Shown here: positions 19,918 to 31,088 of the stretch, piece after piece
Layout: every line of letters begins with the position of its first letter
Numbering within the stretch: position 1 is the stretch's first letter
Source: an uncultured Veillonellaceae bacterium
GTDB taxonomy: Bacteria; Bacillota; Negativicutes; JARBTT01
Length of the DNA: 64,000 nt
Direction: 5' to 3'
Assembly (NCBI GenBank): GCA_963805085.1
Contig: CAWDTA010000002.1
Coordinates: 480,001-544,000 of the forward strand
The notes under the pieces: generated by a model
What the model was told of the DNA's origin: nothing
Databases searched by the model: none
What the model saw: only the letters and a program-made list of their open reading frames with translations
Translations under genes and position numbers: made by a program

Positions 19918-21945
19918 CTACCTACTCCAAAGCAGGGTTAAAATTAACGCTGCTACCATATAAGATAAATACGCTTGTAAATTACCACTTTGAATAATTT
20001 TGATGCGTTTAAATACTTGCACAATAATCCCAACCGAAGGTTTATAAACATTATCACCCACCCGAGCACTGATATCGAGCGTATGATGAATTCGTTTTGG
20101 ATAATATTCATATTCTTTTTCCACCGTTACTTTGCGTGATAACCCAAGTACTCCATGAAAAATCCGCAAAATCGGATGGGAATAAGAGGTTGCTGTATAT
20201 TCCATTTCGGGCACATGCGCTCCCCCACAAGTCCAAGTATCTTGAAGAACATAGTCACTTTTGCCATAGTTCAATCGGATACACAAAAACGCACCAATCA
20301 ATAGTAGGGCAAAAACTACCCCAATCAATCCCACTGATACGGTTTGTGAAATTTGCGGTGTAAATGGCACATAAAGCATCATATCGCCATCAATCTTCGC
20401 AGAAAAGTAACGTGACGTAACCGCATTGGTTAAAGTCACTACTCCACCTGGATACAAACCGAGCACCAAGGATAGGATCGATAGTAAGCCCATCCCCAGA
20501 CGCATGCTAAGATTTACTTCTTTTGCATTTGCTGCCACTTCAGTTCTCGGCTTTGCTAAAAAGGCGATACCGAAATGTTTTACTACCGCCACAGCGGCAA
20601 GCGCACCACTAAACCCTACAATTGCAACGACCAATGCCGCAAATAATTTCACTGCACCACCCTCACAATCAAAAATCATATGAAATAGCGATTGCAGTAA
20701 GGCCCATTCACTCATAAACCCATTGAACGGTGGTAGTGATGCCAGCGACATACCGCCCACCAAGAATGCTGCTGCCGTCCACGGCATCCGATGAATCAGC
20801 CCCCCCAATTTACTCACGTCACAAGTACCAGTTGCTTTTAATACCGCCCCAGCCCCCATGAATAGCAAACTTTTAAATACCGAGTGATTGAATACATGGT
20901 ACAACGTTGCCGTCATCGCCAATGCCCCTAACACAACTTGATCTACCGCTTGAAAATATAAACTTGCCCCAATACCGACGCAAATGATTCCCATATTTTC
21001 TACACTACTATACGCAAGAAAACGTTTCGTATCATTTTGAATCACCCCAAGCATAATTCCCACAATGGCAGAAACCGTTCCGATTGCCATAACCGTAATT
21101 CCCCACCAAGTAGGGCCAGCACCTAAGAAATCAAAACTAACGCGTAAAAATGCATACACCGCAGTCTTAATCATCGCCGAAGACATCAACGCAGTCGCAC
21201 TGGATGGTGCTACTGGATAAGCCCGTGGCAGCCATACATTGATCGGAAACAATCCCATTTTCGCCCCAAACCCGATAAAGAAAAAGAAAAAAACCGCACT
21301 CTTTACCGTCTCTGGTAAAACTGCCCCAATATTTTTATAAGCAGCAAATTCTAGACTGCCCGTGTAGACATACAAGATTAAAAATGCAAAGCTCAAAAAA
21401 ACACCGCAGACATGCGTCATAATCAAATACATATACCCACCCGAACGAACTTTTGCTTGTTCATGCTCAAACATCACCAAACAAAAGGATGACAATGCCA
21501 TAAACTCCCAAAAAATAAGGAAGGTCACCGAACTATCGACACCCACGACCCCGATGAGCGATAAAGTAAAAATATTCATCAACGCCCCGAGATATCCAGC
21601 TACCCCTTTTTCATAATACTTGGCAGCATACCCTTGGGCATAAAGCGAACAAGCAATGCTCATAACGCCAATCACCAATAAAAACAAAGCCGCTAAGGTA
21701 TCAAAATGAACTTTGAGCACTATATTGCTCATCATCCGCCAAGCAGTCGCTGCAAACTCTTCCTGAAATAACAGTAACCTACCAGCGATGATGGTAATAA
21801 GACTCCCACCCACGAAAGAACACCCATTAGCAAACGTATTGGCGAGCTTCTGCTTGCCATTCATCAAAGCAGGCAGTATCCCACCGGCAATAAAACAAAG
21901 TAAACTCACCTGAAATAAACTCAAATATAAATCCGCTGTTTCCAT
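19918..21945 (-). CDS. hyfB: HyfB/HycC antiporter-like subunit
   Basis: WEFM, GAKMGLFP-WLPRA, LAYSSVENMG, PPFNGFMSEW, WTCG. Confidence 0.9.
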   Translation of the reverse strand: METADLYLSLFQVSLLCFIAGGILPALMNGKQKLANTFANGCSFVGGSLITIIAGRLLLFQEEFAATAWRMMSNIVLKVHFDTLAALFLLVIGVMSIACSLYAQGYAAKYYEKGVAGYLGALMNIFTLSLIGVVGVDSSVTFLIFWEFMALSSFCLVMFEHEQAKVRSGGYMYLIMTHVCGVFLSFAFLILYVYTGSLEFAAYKNIGAVLPETVKSAVFFFFFIGFGAKMGLFPINVWLPRAYPVAPSSATALMSSAMIKTAVYAFLRVSFDFLGAGPTWWGITVMAIGTVSAIVGIMLGVIQNDTKRFLAYSSVENMGIICVGIGASLYFQAVDQVVLGALAMTATLYHVFNHSVFKSLLFMGAGAVLKATGTCDVSKLGGLIHRMPWTAAAFLVGGMSLASLPPFNGFMSEWALLQSLFHMIFDCEGGAVKLFAALVVAIVGFSGALAAVAVVKHFGIAFLAKPRTEVAANAKEVNLSMRLGMGLLSILSLVLGLYPGGVVTLTNAVTSRYFSAKIDGDMMLYVPFTPQISQTVSVGLIGVVFALLLIGAFLCIRLNYGKSDYVLQDTWTCGGAHVPEMEYTATSYSHPILRIFHGVLGLSRKVTVEKEYEYYPKRIHHTLDISARVGDNVYKPSVGIIVQVFKRIKIIQSGNLQAYLSYMVAALILTLLWSR

Positions 21946-22210
21946 TCCAACCTCCGAACATAACTATTGTTGAATATCTGATTATTTAAATATACTAAAA
22001 TAGATAAAAATACACAAAGAGTATTCTTATGCTCATTCTCTTAAAAAAGCAGATAAAACCTATCTAAGTTCTCCTTATTGCAAAATCAACCTACATATCT
22101 CTTTATTTCTCGTGTTTTCGACATAATTTGATTTTACAATGATTTTCTTGACCAAATAATATGAAAAGCGAGCATTGCAAACTCAAATTTACACCCCACT
22201 AAACTACACC

Positions 22211-22389
22211 GCAGATAATTTGCATAAGAAAATCTTCCAACCAAGGCAATACAGACCAATCTTACTATATAGCTTTGAAGGCTTTCTGTCTGACCGCAGG
22301 GAGTTTAGCCTTCATTGCGATATTCGAATCAGTACGCACTAGCGATTGGTCTTTTGCCGACTTGTCGATTTTCGTTGCAACTGATCTGC
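22211..22389. repeat. long imperfect hairpin (REP/MITE-like)
   Basis: Nested pairs GCAGAT/ATCTGC, AGACCAATC/GATTGGTCT and TGAAGGCT/AGCCTTCA around the apical CTGTCTGACCGCAGGGAGTTT. Confidence 0.6.
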
Positions 22390-22437
22390 CTCATACGCAT
22401 AAAAAAATGAGCATCGCAAACTTTAATTTGCAATGCT

Positions 22438-22674
22438 CAGACTGTAGACAAAATAAAAATATTTATGTCAGTGAACAGGCAATATCGAATCCCGTTTCAC
22501 TTATAAACTAGTACGAAGATAGGTTGCCGGTTGGCAAGAAGTGCTCAGATGCGAGGCACAGCGAGAGGGTGTGAAGGAGTCGTACTTCCGTACGTCGACG
22601 AACAGCATCTTGCTGTAACGATGCAGATGAGTGCTTATCGCCAACCCGCGGCCTAACTGTCCATAGTTTGTCTA
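22438..22674. mobile_element. MITE-like structured repeat, copy 1
   Basis: Starts CAGACTGTAGACAAA, ends TTTGTCTA; contains a long hairpin; homologous to 39482-39760. Confidence 0.75.
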
Positions 22675-23691
22675 TATGCTACAAACCCCTACACTCTCAC
22701 GCTCGACTAACGAATTCTCTAGCATAACTCTTTTACTTGTTTGATTATCCGAATCTATTTTTTCTAATAGCAACTGCGCTGCTTGACTGCCTAATAAAAA
22801 CATATTTTGCTCTACTGTTGTCAACTTTGGTTCAATAAATCGACTGAGCGCTATATTGTCATACCCAACAATCGACAATTCTTCAGGTATAGCAATATTT
22901 AGCTTCTTACAGGCGTTTACTACGCCGGCTGCCATTAAATCATTACAAGCAAATACAGCAGTAGCCTCACTGGACGGCAAAATTTCTAATACTTTTTGCA
23001 TCGTATTGTCGACTGTCTCATTACTATTACCATCACCGATATTGATCATATACTTTTCATGGAAATAGTGCCTGCGTTTCATGATATCAACATAAACTTG
23101 TTCTTTGATGTCATAAGAATCACTATGCTCCCCGCGAATAAACAAAATATCTCTATGCTTATGTTCCAATAAATAGTTGATTGCCAATCTCGCTCCAGCA
23201 TCTTGATCATTTGAAACATACGATATGTTCGGATGTTTTTCATAACTATTAATAAACACTAAAGGGATTTGTCTAGCAATTCGCTCATAAAATGTATTTT
23301 GCAGATTTTCTGTATGGGGACTGACGACAATAATTCCCGATACATTTCTGGCCATAAAGTCATTGATGCATCGCATTTCTAATTTTGAATCATTTTTAGA
23401 ACAGCAAAGCATCAACGAATAGGACTCATTGGTAAAATGCTCCTCTACTCCATTCATCACTTCTGCAAAAAACATATTGTAGATACTCGGTACTACGACC
23501 CCGACAATGGTTGATTTTTGCCGATTAAATTCGCGCGCCTGCATATTGGGAACGTATTTTAAGGACCGAATCACCGCTAAAACTTTTTCCCTCGTTGCTT
23601 CTTTTACAGGATAATTGCCATTGATCACCCTAGAAACTGTAGCAATTGATACCTTTGCTTTCTTAGCAACATCTACAATTGTTGTTTTCAT
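22672..23691 (-). CDS. LacI-family regulator of the gal operon
   Basis: TIVDVAKKAKVSIATVSRVIN HTH, YVPN, GYDN. Confidence 0.93.
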   Translation of the reverse strand: MKTTIVDVAKKAKVSIATVSRVINGNYPVKEATREKVLAVIRSLKYVPNMQAREFNRQKSTIVGVVVPSIYNMFFAEVMNGVEEHFTNESYSLMLCCSKNDSKLEMRCINDFMARNVSGIIVVSPHTENLQNTFYERIARQIPLVFINSYEKHPNISYVSNDQDAGARLAINYLLEHKHRDILFIRGEHSDSYDIKEQVYVDIMKRRHYFHEKYMINIGDGNSNETVDNTMQKVLEILPSSEATAVFACNDLMAAGVVNACKKLNIAIPEELSIVGYDNIALSRFIEPKLTTVEQNMFLLGSQAAQLLLEKIDSDNQTSKRVMLENSLVERESVGVCSI

Positions 23692-23700
23692 AGCCGCCTC

Positions 23701-25194
23701 CTACAATGAACCAACAAAATTATTGAAAGCTTGCATTCCTATTCCATCTCTTTTAAATACACCCGCATGAGACAGCACCGTTAAGAATTTTAACCCAACT
23801 TCTTTTTGTACTATTTCATCAACATTTTGCGCAGTAATTTTTTTATGTTTGCTTCGTATTTCCTGATACCAAGTTGCATGTTTTGCAATGCTTTCCTCTT
23901 CTGAAATATCTTGAATCGCTTCGATCAGCGCTTTACGGATAAGTTTTAGTTCCTGCTCTAGTCTTGCCGGCAAAATTGCCAATCCCAACACTTCGATCAG
24001 ACCGATATTTTCCTTTTTGATATGATGCACTTCACTATGCGGATGAAAGATTCCGAGTGGATGCTGTTCACTACTACGATTATTTCGCAGTACCAAGTCA
24101 AGCTCATAGGCACCGCCCCGCATTCTGGCAATTGGTGTAATCGTATTATGTGGTTCACCCTTGCTATTTGCTAAAATTTCAACAGTTTCATCAGAATAAT
24201 TGCGCCATGCGGTTAACATATGATCAGCCAATACAATGAGTTTTTCTTTGTTCGTGCTACGTAACCGCAGTACGGAAAGTGGCCATTTTACCCTGCCTAC
24301 ACTGATATCTTCATAGCCTTTGATGCAGTAGGTTTCTTCCACTGCTGCTGCTTCCATTGCAAATGTATATCGACCACCTTGGTAATGGTCATGCGATAGA
24401 ATCGAACCGCCAACAATCGGTAAATCTGCGTTAGAACCGATAATATAATGTGGCAAAACATCCAAAAAAGCCAGTAAATTTTCAAAAGTTTCTTTGGATA
24501 TTTTCATGGGACTGTGTTCACTACTCAGCACGATACAATGCTCATTGTAATAAACATACGGAGAGTACTGCAAAAACCAAGCTTTATTATTAAAATCTAA
24601 CGGAATGATACGATGTGTCTGACGCGCTGGATGATTCAGATGACCAAAGAAACCTTCATTTTCCTTGCAGAGCAAACATTTCGGATACGCTGTCGACTTG
24701 ATAAGTTTTGCTTTCGCAATATCTCTAGGATCTTTTTCTGGTTTCGATAAATTAATCGTAATATCCAAATCACCGTATTCAGTCGCTGTTTTCCAAGCGA
24801 TATTCTTATCAGTCCGAGCTTTTCGCACATAATTAGAAGCAATACTTAAACCATAATAAAAATCAGTAGCTGCTTGCGGGGAACTCGCATACAGCGCATT
24901 AAATTTGCCAATGACTTCAGACGGGCGTGGCATGATACAATTCATAATTTTCGTATCAAATAAATCACGCTCCAAAATTGTGTCTTCGATCATATTTTTT
25001 TCTACAGCATACGCTAGCATCTCTTCTAAAATTGGCGTTGCTGTTTCTAAGGTTTCTTCAATTAGAATTGGTAGAAACTCTGGTACATCTAACGTGCCAA
25101 GTAATAGGTTTGTAGCGTAAACCTGATCTAGTTCAGTGATTAATCCTTTTTGTAAGCCAAAATGAATCAAACGGTTAATTTGCTTCACAATCAT
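23701..25194 (-). CDS. galT: galactose-1-phosphate uridylyltransferase (Firmicutes type)
   Basis: ITINLSKPEKDP, NADLPIVGGSILSHDHYQGG, HHIKKENIGLIEV. Confidence 0.95.
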   Translation of the reverse strand: MIVKQINRLIHFGLQKGLITELDQVYATNLLLGTLDVPEFLPILIEETLETATPILEEMLAYAVEKNMIEDTILERDLFDTKIMNCIMPRPSEVIGKFNALYASSPQAATDFYYGLSIASNYVRKARTDKNIAWKTATEYGDLDITINLSKPEKDPRDIAKAKLIKSTAYPKCLLCKENEGFFGHLNHPARQTHRIIPLDFNNKAWFLQYSPYVYYNEHCIVLSSEHSPMKISKETFENLLAFLDVLPHYIIGSNADLPIVGGSILSHDHYQGGRYTFAMEAAAVEETYCIKGYEDISVGRVKWPLSVLRLRSTNKEKLIVLADHMLTAWRNYSDETVEILANSKGEPHNTITPIARMRGGAYELDLVLRNNRSSEQHPLGIFHPHSEVHHIKKENIGLIEVLGLAILPARLEQELKLIRKALIEAIQDISEEESIAKHATWYQEIRSKHKKITAQNVDEIVQKEVGLKFLTVLSHAGVFKRDGIGMQAFNNFVGSL

Positions 25195-25205
25195 TGTTCT
25201 TCCCT

Positions 25206-26195
25206 CTATTCAGCAAAACCATTTGGATGACGTTTATGCCAAACCCAAGCAGTTTTTATGATTTCTTCCACACTAACATAGTTTGGTTTCCATCCAAGTA
25301 AATGTTGGGCTTTTTCGCTAGAAGCAATCAATTGTGCCGGATCGCCAGCGCGTCTTTCGCCCAATACCACTTTGATTCCTTCCCCTGTTGCCGCTTTTGC
25401 CGCAGTAATCATTTCCTTTATTGAAAAACCTGTTCCACTCCCAAGATTAAAAATATTGCTTGCGTTGCCAGCGCGCAAATAGTTTAGCGCCTTAATATGT
25501 GCATCTGCCAAATCAATTACATGAATATAATCACGGATACAGGTACCGTCAGGCGTTGCATAATCTTCACCAAATACAGTGATAAATTCACGTTTCTTTA
25601 GCGGCACTTGCAAAATTAACGGAATCAAATGGGTTTCTGGTGCATGATCTTCGCCGATACTACCGTCTTCTAATGCACCAGCAACGTTAAAATAACGCAA
25701 GGATACATAGTTGATGCCATTTGCGGCACTGACCCATTTCATCATTTTTTCCATCGCCAATTTTGTTTCTCCATATGGATTGGTCGGGTTGGTTTCATCA
25801 TCTTCTACGATTGGTACATGTTTTGGCTCGCCATAGACAGCCGCAGTAGAAGAGAACACGATCTTTTTAACATCATGTTTTACCATACTTTCTAGTAACA
25901 CCTGCATGCCATAAACATTATTGTTAAAATACTTCAAGGGATTGGTCATGCTTTCGCCAACCAAAGAGTTGGCAGCAAAATGCATCACCGCTTCAATTTT
26001 GTTTTCCGTAAAGATCTGATCTAAAACCACGTTATCGCGAATATCACCTAAATAAAACTTTGCCGCTGGATTGATTGCCGCTTTATGTCCTGTTTGTAAA
26101 TTATCGACAATGACTACATTTTCATTTTTCTCTACCAATTGATATACTGCATGGGAACCGATATAACCGGCACCACCACAAACTAAAATTGCCAT
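25206..26195 (-). CDS. galE: UDP-glucose 4-epimerase
   Basis: GGAGYIGSH, YGETK, LRYFN, DGTCIRDYIHV. Confidence 0.96.
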   Translation of the reverse strand: MAILVCGGAGYIGSHAVYQLVEKNENVVIVDNLQTGHKAAINPAAKFYLGDIRDNVVLDQIFTENKIEAVMHFAANSLVGESMTNPLKYFNNNVYGMQVLLESMVKHDVKKIVFSSTAAVYGEPKHVPIVEDDETNPTNPYGETKLAMEKMMKWVSAANGINYVSLRYFNVAGALEDGSIGEDHAPETHLIPLILQVPLKKREFITVFGEDYATPDGTCIRDYIHVIDLADAHIKALNYLRAGNASNIFNLGSGTGFSIKEMITAAKAATGEGIKVVLGERRAGDPAQLIASSEKAQHLLGWKPNYVSVEEIIKTAWVWHKRHPNGFAE

Positions 26196-26207
26196 ATCAA
26201 CTACTCC

Positions 26208-27377
26208 TCACTCTAATTTTCCTGCACCATTTACGATACTTGCCACGTAAAAGCTTGGCGCATAACCAATTTTCTTTGTATATACCGGGGTAATATTTTC
26301 AATAAATGCAGTTACATCAGCCTCTGCTACAATGCTAACCGTACAGCCACCAAAGCCCGCTCCCGTCATTCTAGAACCAATCACACCTTTTTGCTCCCAC
26401 GCCAATTCTGCCAAAGTATCCAGTTCAACACCTGTTACTTCATATAAATCTCTTAACGACACATGGGAATCATTCATCAGTTTACCAAACTGTTTTAAAT
26501 CATTCTCTTCTAACGCCTTAACTGCATTTAAGGTTCTCTGATTTTCATAAACAGCATGACGGGCACGTTTTACATCTACCTCATGTTCAATAACATCTTT
26601 GCTTGCTTCAAATTCAACTTCCGTCAATTCTCCCAAGGAATCAATTGCTCGTTTCGTCTGTAAATCTTTCAAGGCACGTTCGCATTCAAAGCGTCGTTCA
26701 TTATATTTCGAATCACCTAAGCCACGTCTTTTATTAGTATTGCCAATGACAATTTTATAGCCATCCATTGCAATTTTGCTATAACGAAACTTTAAGGTAT
26801 TACAATCTAACATGATAGCACAATTTTCCTTGCCCATCCCAACAGCGAATTGATCCATAATCCCACAATTCACACCAATAAATTGATTCTCGGTTTGCTG
26901 ACACATTTTCACCATTTCGACCATATCAATTTTAAACTGAAAAAGTTCATTTAGGATAACTGCCATCAAGACCTCTAGCGAAGCTGAAGAAGACAAACCA
27001 GCACCGTTTGGTAATGTTCCATAAACGAGCAAATCAAATCCGCTTGTGATAGTAAAGCCATGTTTGCTAAAGGTATCAATAACGCCTTTCGGGTAATTTA
27101 CCCAATTATGTTTTTCCTCATAACGAAGTCCCGCTAAATCAAACTCTATTATACCGATTTCTTTGAAATTTGTTGAATACATCCGTATTTTTTGATCCGT
27201 ACGCTTTGAAACCAAGCCATAGGTTCCCAAGGATATCGCACAAGGAAAAACATGTCCACCATTATAATCGGTATGTTCACCAATCAAATTTACCCGACCT
27301 GGTGAAAAAAAAGTATTCTCGGGTTTTTCACCAAATAAACTTTCAAACTCTTTTGCTAACGCAGCAATACTATCCAT
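26208..27377 (-). CDS. galK: galactokinase
   Basis: PGRVNLIGEHTDYNGG, PNGAGLSSSAS, GSRMTGAGFGGC. Confidence 0.96.
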   Translation of the reverse strand: MDSIAALAKEFESLFGEKPENTFFSPGRVNLIGEHTDYNGGHVFPCAISLGTYGLVSKRTDQKIRMYSTNFKEIGIIEFDLAGLRYEEKHNWVNYPKGVIDTFSKHGFTITSGFDLLVYGTLPNGAGLSSSASLEVLMAVILNELFQFKIDMVEMVKMCQQTENQFIGVNCGIMDQFAVGMGKENCAIMLDCNTLKFRYSKIAMDGYKIVIGNTNKRRGLGDSKYNERRFECERALKDLQTKRAIDSLGELTEVEFEASKDVIEHEVDVKRARHAVYENQRTLNAVKALEENDLKQFGKLMNDSHVSLRDLYEVTGVELDTLAELAWEQKGVIGSRMTGAGFGGCTVSIVAEADVTAFIENITPVYTKKIGYAPSFYVASIVNGAGKLE

Positions 27378-27465
27378 CTACTACACTTCCTTTATATATT
27401 TTTACAAATAAAACAAGGTTTTATTTGCACCTACATAGGATAACCTTCTATGATTACTTCGAAAC

Positions 27466-27479
27466 AGTAAACGTTTACT
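27466..27479. promoter_or_regulatory. LacI-family operator upstream of galK
   Basis: Perfect palindrome AGTAAACGTTTACT; a related ATAAAACGTTTTTAT lies at about 27632-27646. Confidence 0.7.
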
Positions 27480-27712
27480 ATTTTTATATAAAAAAAAGAG
27501 CACTTCGCAGAACTGATCACTTTGTAGTTATAAATTAACTCCATTTTAGTCCTTAAAAGCAAAACTTTCAATATCTTTAAATAAATTTCTCTAAAAATAT
27601 CGTAATAATTTTTTCTAAATTCATTTCAGTTATAAAACGTTTTTATCGAACGATGCCCCTAAAAAGAAAACAAAGCTATTGCATGTCCCATTGCAACAGC
27701 TTTGTTTTCTTT

Positions 27713-28474
27713 TTAGGCTCTCGAAATCACACTTTGGCTAAAGCCACTGACTCTTGATAGTTGACAAGTAGAAATACTATCGATGTTTTTCAATTCGTGC
27801 AGCATTTCGTTCCGCTTAACTTTCGCAATACCAGTCAACTCTTCTAGCGTTTTTACTCCAGCCATGCGCAAAATCAATAGTTTCAACTCAGCGTCGATCA
27901 TCTTTTCACGCGTCGACTCTAAACATTTTTCTTCCGTTGGCTCGTTCATATATTTTTTAAAAGCAATATTCGCTTTTGCTGTCGTATTACCCATTAAGTT
28001 TAAGCAATAGTTACTATCCACCAATACTGATTTTGCTACATATTCGCCATAACTACTATAGGTATACTTACTAACTTCTGTAGCAATCCCCAGCCTAACT
28101 GGCTCTTGATGGATATACCTTAGTACGGTGAATAGATAGTCATCATCCTCGACAACTTCACTCTTAAATCGGTCATGGAAAAGCTGCCCGGTGCGGCTGT
28201 ATTTGCCGTTATACCAAGCTACATATTTCACGCCGATCCGCTTCATCATATTACCGATTTTCGTCGTACCTTCTTTTATTAATAAGTGCAAATGATCATC
28301 CAATAAACAATACCCATAAACTTGATATTGACAGACATCAACATACTCTGACAACAGTTCCAAAAATTTATCCTTATCACTATGATCGGCAAAAATTGAT
28401 TGATGATCAATTCCCCGTATAATAATATGATAAATACCTGTTGCGCTATAGACTCTAGCTTTTCTTGCCACCAA
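27713..28474 (-). mobile_element. REP-associated tyrosine (HUH, Y1) transposase, RAYT-like, with C-terminal HTH
   Basis: YHIIIRG, HLHLL (HUH), GQLFHDRFKSE, RYIHQEP; downstream hairpin near 27661-27714. Confidence 0.88.
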
Positions 28475-28748
28475 AATTCACCTCGTCAAATATTTTAAAC
28501 TAACCAAGCCACCGCTGGCTATAAACCATCATTATTTTGCAATTTTGATACGCTGATAGAGTGTGTTTCAAAAAACACACAACCTTAAAATTCAAATTTT
28601 AATATTCCTATAGTACCACATTTAAACACGACAGACTAGAAAAGTCTGAAATATCCGCTAAATTACACAGATAACTTACGTAAAAAGTAAAAGGCACTTT
28701 ACCCGATCCAATGCGATTTGGTAAAATGCCTCCTATGGTACATTGAAA

Positions 28749-29246
28749 TTATAAATTTTTGGCTGGAATAGGTCCACGCGAAAGTGCAATTGCACCAGTA
28801 CGGGCAATTTCGATAATTTCATAATCAGCTAAAACTTCACAAAGTGCATCAATTTTACTTAGTTCACCAGTCAGTTCAATCACCATCGTTTCACGATTGA
28901 CATCAACGATTTTTGCCCTGAAGATTTCCACTACATTGATAATATCTGAACGCGTCGCGGGATTGGCTTTCACTTTGATCATCACCAATTCACGTTGAAT
29001 AGAATCAATTCTCGTTAAGTTAACGATCTTGATCACATCAATCAGTTTATTTAACTGATTCACAACTTGTTCTAACTCGATTTCATCATCAACAGATACC
29101 ACGATGTTAATTCGCGTAACATCAGGTTCTTCTGTATAGCCAGCCGCGATACTTTCAATATTAAAAGCACGTCGACTAATAAGCCCTGCTACATGCGTCA
29201 ATACGCCTGGTCTATTGTCTACTAAAACCGCTAAAATATATTTCAT
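28749..29246 (-). CDS. ilvH: acetolactate synthase small (regulatory) subunit
   Basis: ACT domain VDNRPGVL...RRAFNIESI, EIARTG. Confidence 0.95.
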   Translation of the reverse strand: MKYILAVLVDNRPGVLTHVAGLISRRAFNIESIAAGYTEEPDVTRINIVVSVDDEIELEQVVNQLNKLIDVIKIVNLTRIDSIQRELVMIKVKANPATRSDIINVVEIFRAKIVDVNRETMVIELTGELSKIDALCEVLADYEIIEIARTGAIALSRGPIPAKNL

Positions 29247-30940
29247 TCTTTGCTAGCCCCCAATACCATTTGATCTAATCTACCACCAGCCGGTACCATC
29301 GGTAGTACATCCTCCACTTCTGGTAATAAAACATCAACTAACACTGGACCATCAATCGCAAGTGCTTGCTTTAACACTTCTTCCAATTTTTCAGGTTCTG
29401 TAACGCGAAGTCCATGTACCCCCATAGCCTCAGCCAATTTCACATAATCAGTTTTGCCATTTAACTTGGACTGAGAATACCGTTCTCCATAGAACATTCT
29501 TTGCCATTGCGATACCATCCCAAGTACATGGTTATTCATCACAATGACTTTTACATTGATTCCATAATCAGCTGCTGTCGCAAGCTCTTGGCAATTCATC
29601 ATAATACTACCATCACCGCTAAATAATACAACTGTTCTTTCTGGTTTTGCAAGTTTCGCCCCAATGGCTGCTGGCAGACCATAGCCCATCGTACCTAAGC
29701 CACCAGACGTTAAAAACGACCGTGATTTTAAGAATTGGTAAAACTGCGCCGTCCACATCTGATGTTGCCCCACATCAGTTACGACAATGGTGTCATCATC
29801 CGTCAATTTACTAACTACCTCAATAACCTGCTGTGGCATAATACAGGCTGCTTCCTTATTATAAGAAAGTGGCGTTTTTTTGTTCATTGCAATCACATAA
29901 TCGTGCCACTGCCCATATTGTTCTTTTAAATCCGTTTTTATTTCTGCCAATTTTTCTGCCAATTCTGGCATTGACCAACGTAAATCGCCGATAACTTTAT
30001 AGTCAACGCGAATATTTTTATTAATTTCTGCTGCATCAATATCAAACTGAACAATTTTTGCCAGTGGAGCAAATTGTTCAACAATTCCAGTCACCCGATC
30101 ATCAAAACGCACACCAATCCCAATCAAAGCATCACATTCCATCGTTGCTATATTTGCTGCATACGTCCCGTGCATCCCCAACATGCCTAAATTGGCAGCA
30201 TACGTTGCTGGGATACAACCGAGTCCCATCAAGCTCGAAACTACGGGAATCCCGGTTTGCATAGCGATCTTTTGCAAGTACTCCGCTGTATCGGATAAGG
30301 TCACTCCGCCACCGACAAAGATTACTGGTTTTTTCGCATTTTTAAGCACTTCTAGCACCGCATCAATTTCACAGCTTTCACCTGTAAATTTACCAGTGTA
30401 CCCTTTTAAGTTCACAGTGTCTGGATATACATACGCAAGCTCTGCCGCAAAGACATCTTTTGCGATATCAATCACCACCGGACCTGGTCTGCCCGTGCGC
30501 GCGATATAGAACGCTTCTTTTAAGACCCGTGGCAGGTCCGCTACTTTTTTAACTAAATAATTATGTTTCGTAATCGGTGTCGTAATTCCGCACATATCTG
30601 CTTCCTGAAAAGAGTCCTTCCCAATCAATGGTGTACCCACTTGACCCGTAATGCAAACGAGTGGAATCGAATCCATATTAGCCGTCGCAATACCGGTAAT
30701 CAGGTTTGTCGCCCCAGGGCCGGAAGTTGCAAAGCATACGCCAACCTTCCCCGTCGCCCGCGCATAGCCATCCGCTGCATGCACTGCACCTTGCTCATGT
30801 TTCGTTAAAATATGTGGAAATTCCGATTTATATAATGCATCATATAATGTAAGCACAGCCCCACCAGGATAACCAAACACTACATCCACATCTTCATTTT
30901 TTAAACTTTCTATTACTGCCTGAGCACCATTTATTTTCAA
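29243..30940 (-). CDS. ilvB: acetolactate synthase large subunit
   Basis: FGYPGGA, HEQGA, TSGPGATN, GDGS ThDP motif. Confidence 0.96.
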   Translation of the reverse strand: MKINGAQAVIESLKNEDVDVVFGYPGGAVLTLYDALYKSEFPHILTKHEQGAVHAADGYARATGKVGVCFATSGPGATNLITGIATANMDSIPLVCITGQVGTPLIGKDSFQEADMCGITTPITKHNYLVKKVADLPRVLKEAFYIARTGRPGPVVIDIAKDVFAAELAYVYPDTVNLKGYTGKFTGESCEIDAVLEVLKNAKKPVIFVGGGVTLSDTAEYLQKIAMQTGIPVVSSLMGLGCIPATYAANLGMLGMHGTYAANIATMECDALIGIGVRFDDRVTGIVEQFAPLAKIVQFDIDAAEINKNIRVDYKVIGDLRWSMPELAEKLAEIKTDLKEQYGQWHDYVIAMNKKTPLSYNKEAACIMPQQVIEVVSKLTDDDTIVVTDVGQHQMWTAQFYQFLKSRSFLTSGGLGTMGYGLPAAIGAKLAKPERTVVLFSGDGSIMMNCQELATAADYGINVKVIVMNNHVLGMVSQWQRMFYGERYSQSKLNGKTDYVKLAEAMGVHGLRVTEPEKLEEVLKQALAIDGPVLVDVLLPEVEDVLPMVPAGGRLDQMVLGASKE

Positions 30941-31088
30941 AAGAATCTCTCCCCTTTACCACACGTTACAATGTTTTCATAATATTATATAACAAAGTGT
31001 ACACTTCTGTCATTAACTGTTTTTTCTGAAAACAACATTGTGTACATAAAACACATGTATTTTTGCAGAAGATTTTTTTAATTTTATA

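Noticed and set aside
22275-22511. 78-aa ORF (and the 66-aa ORF at 39575-39775)
   Set aside because: Both lie within palindromic repeat elements; no RBS or protein motif.
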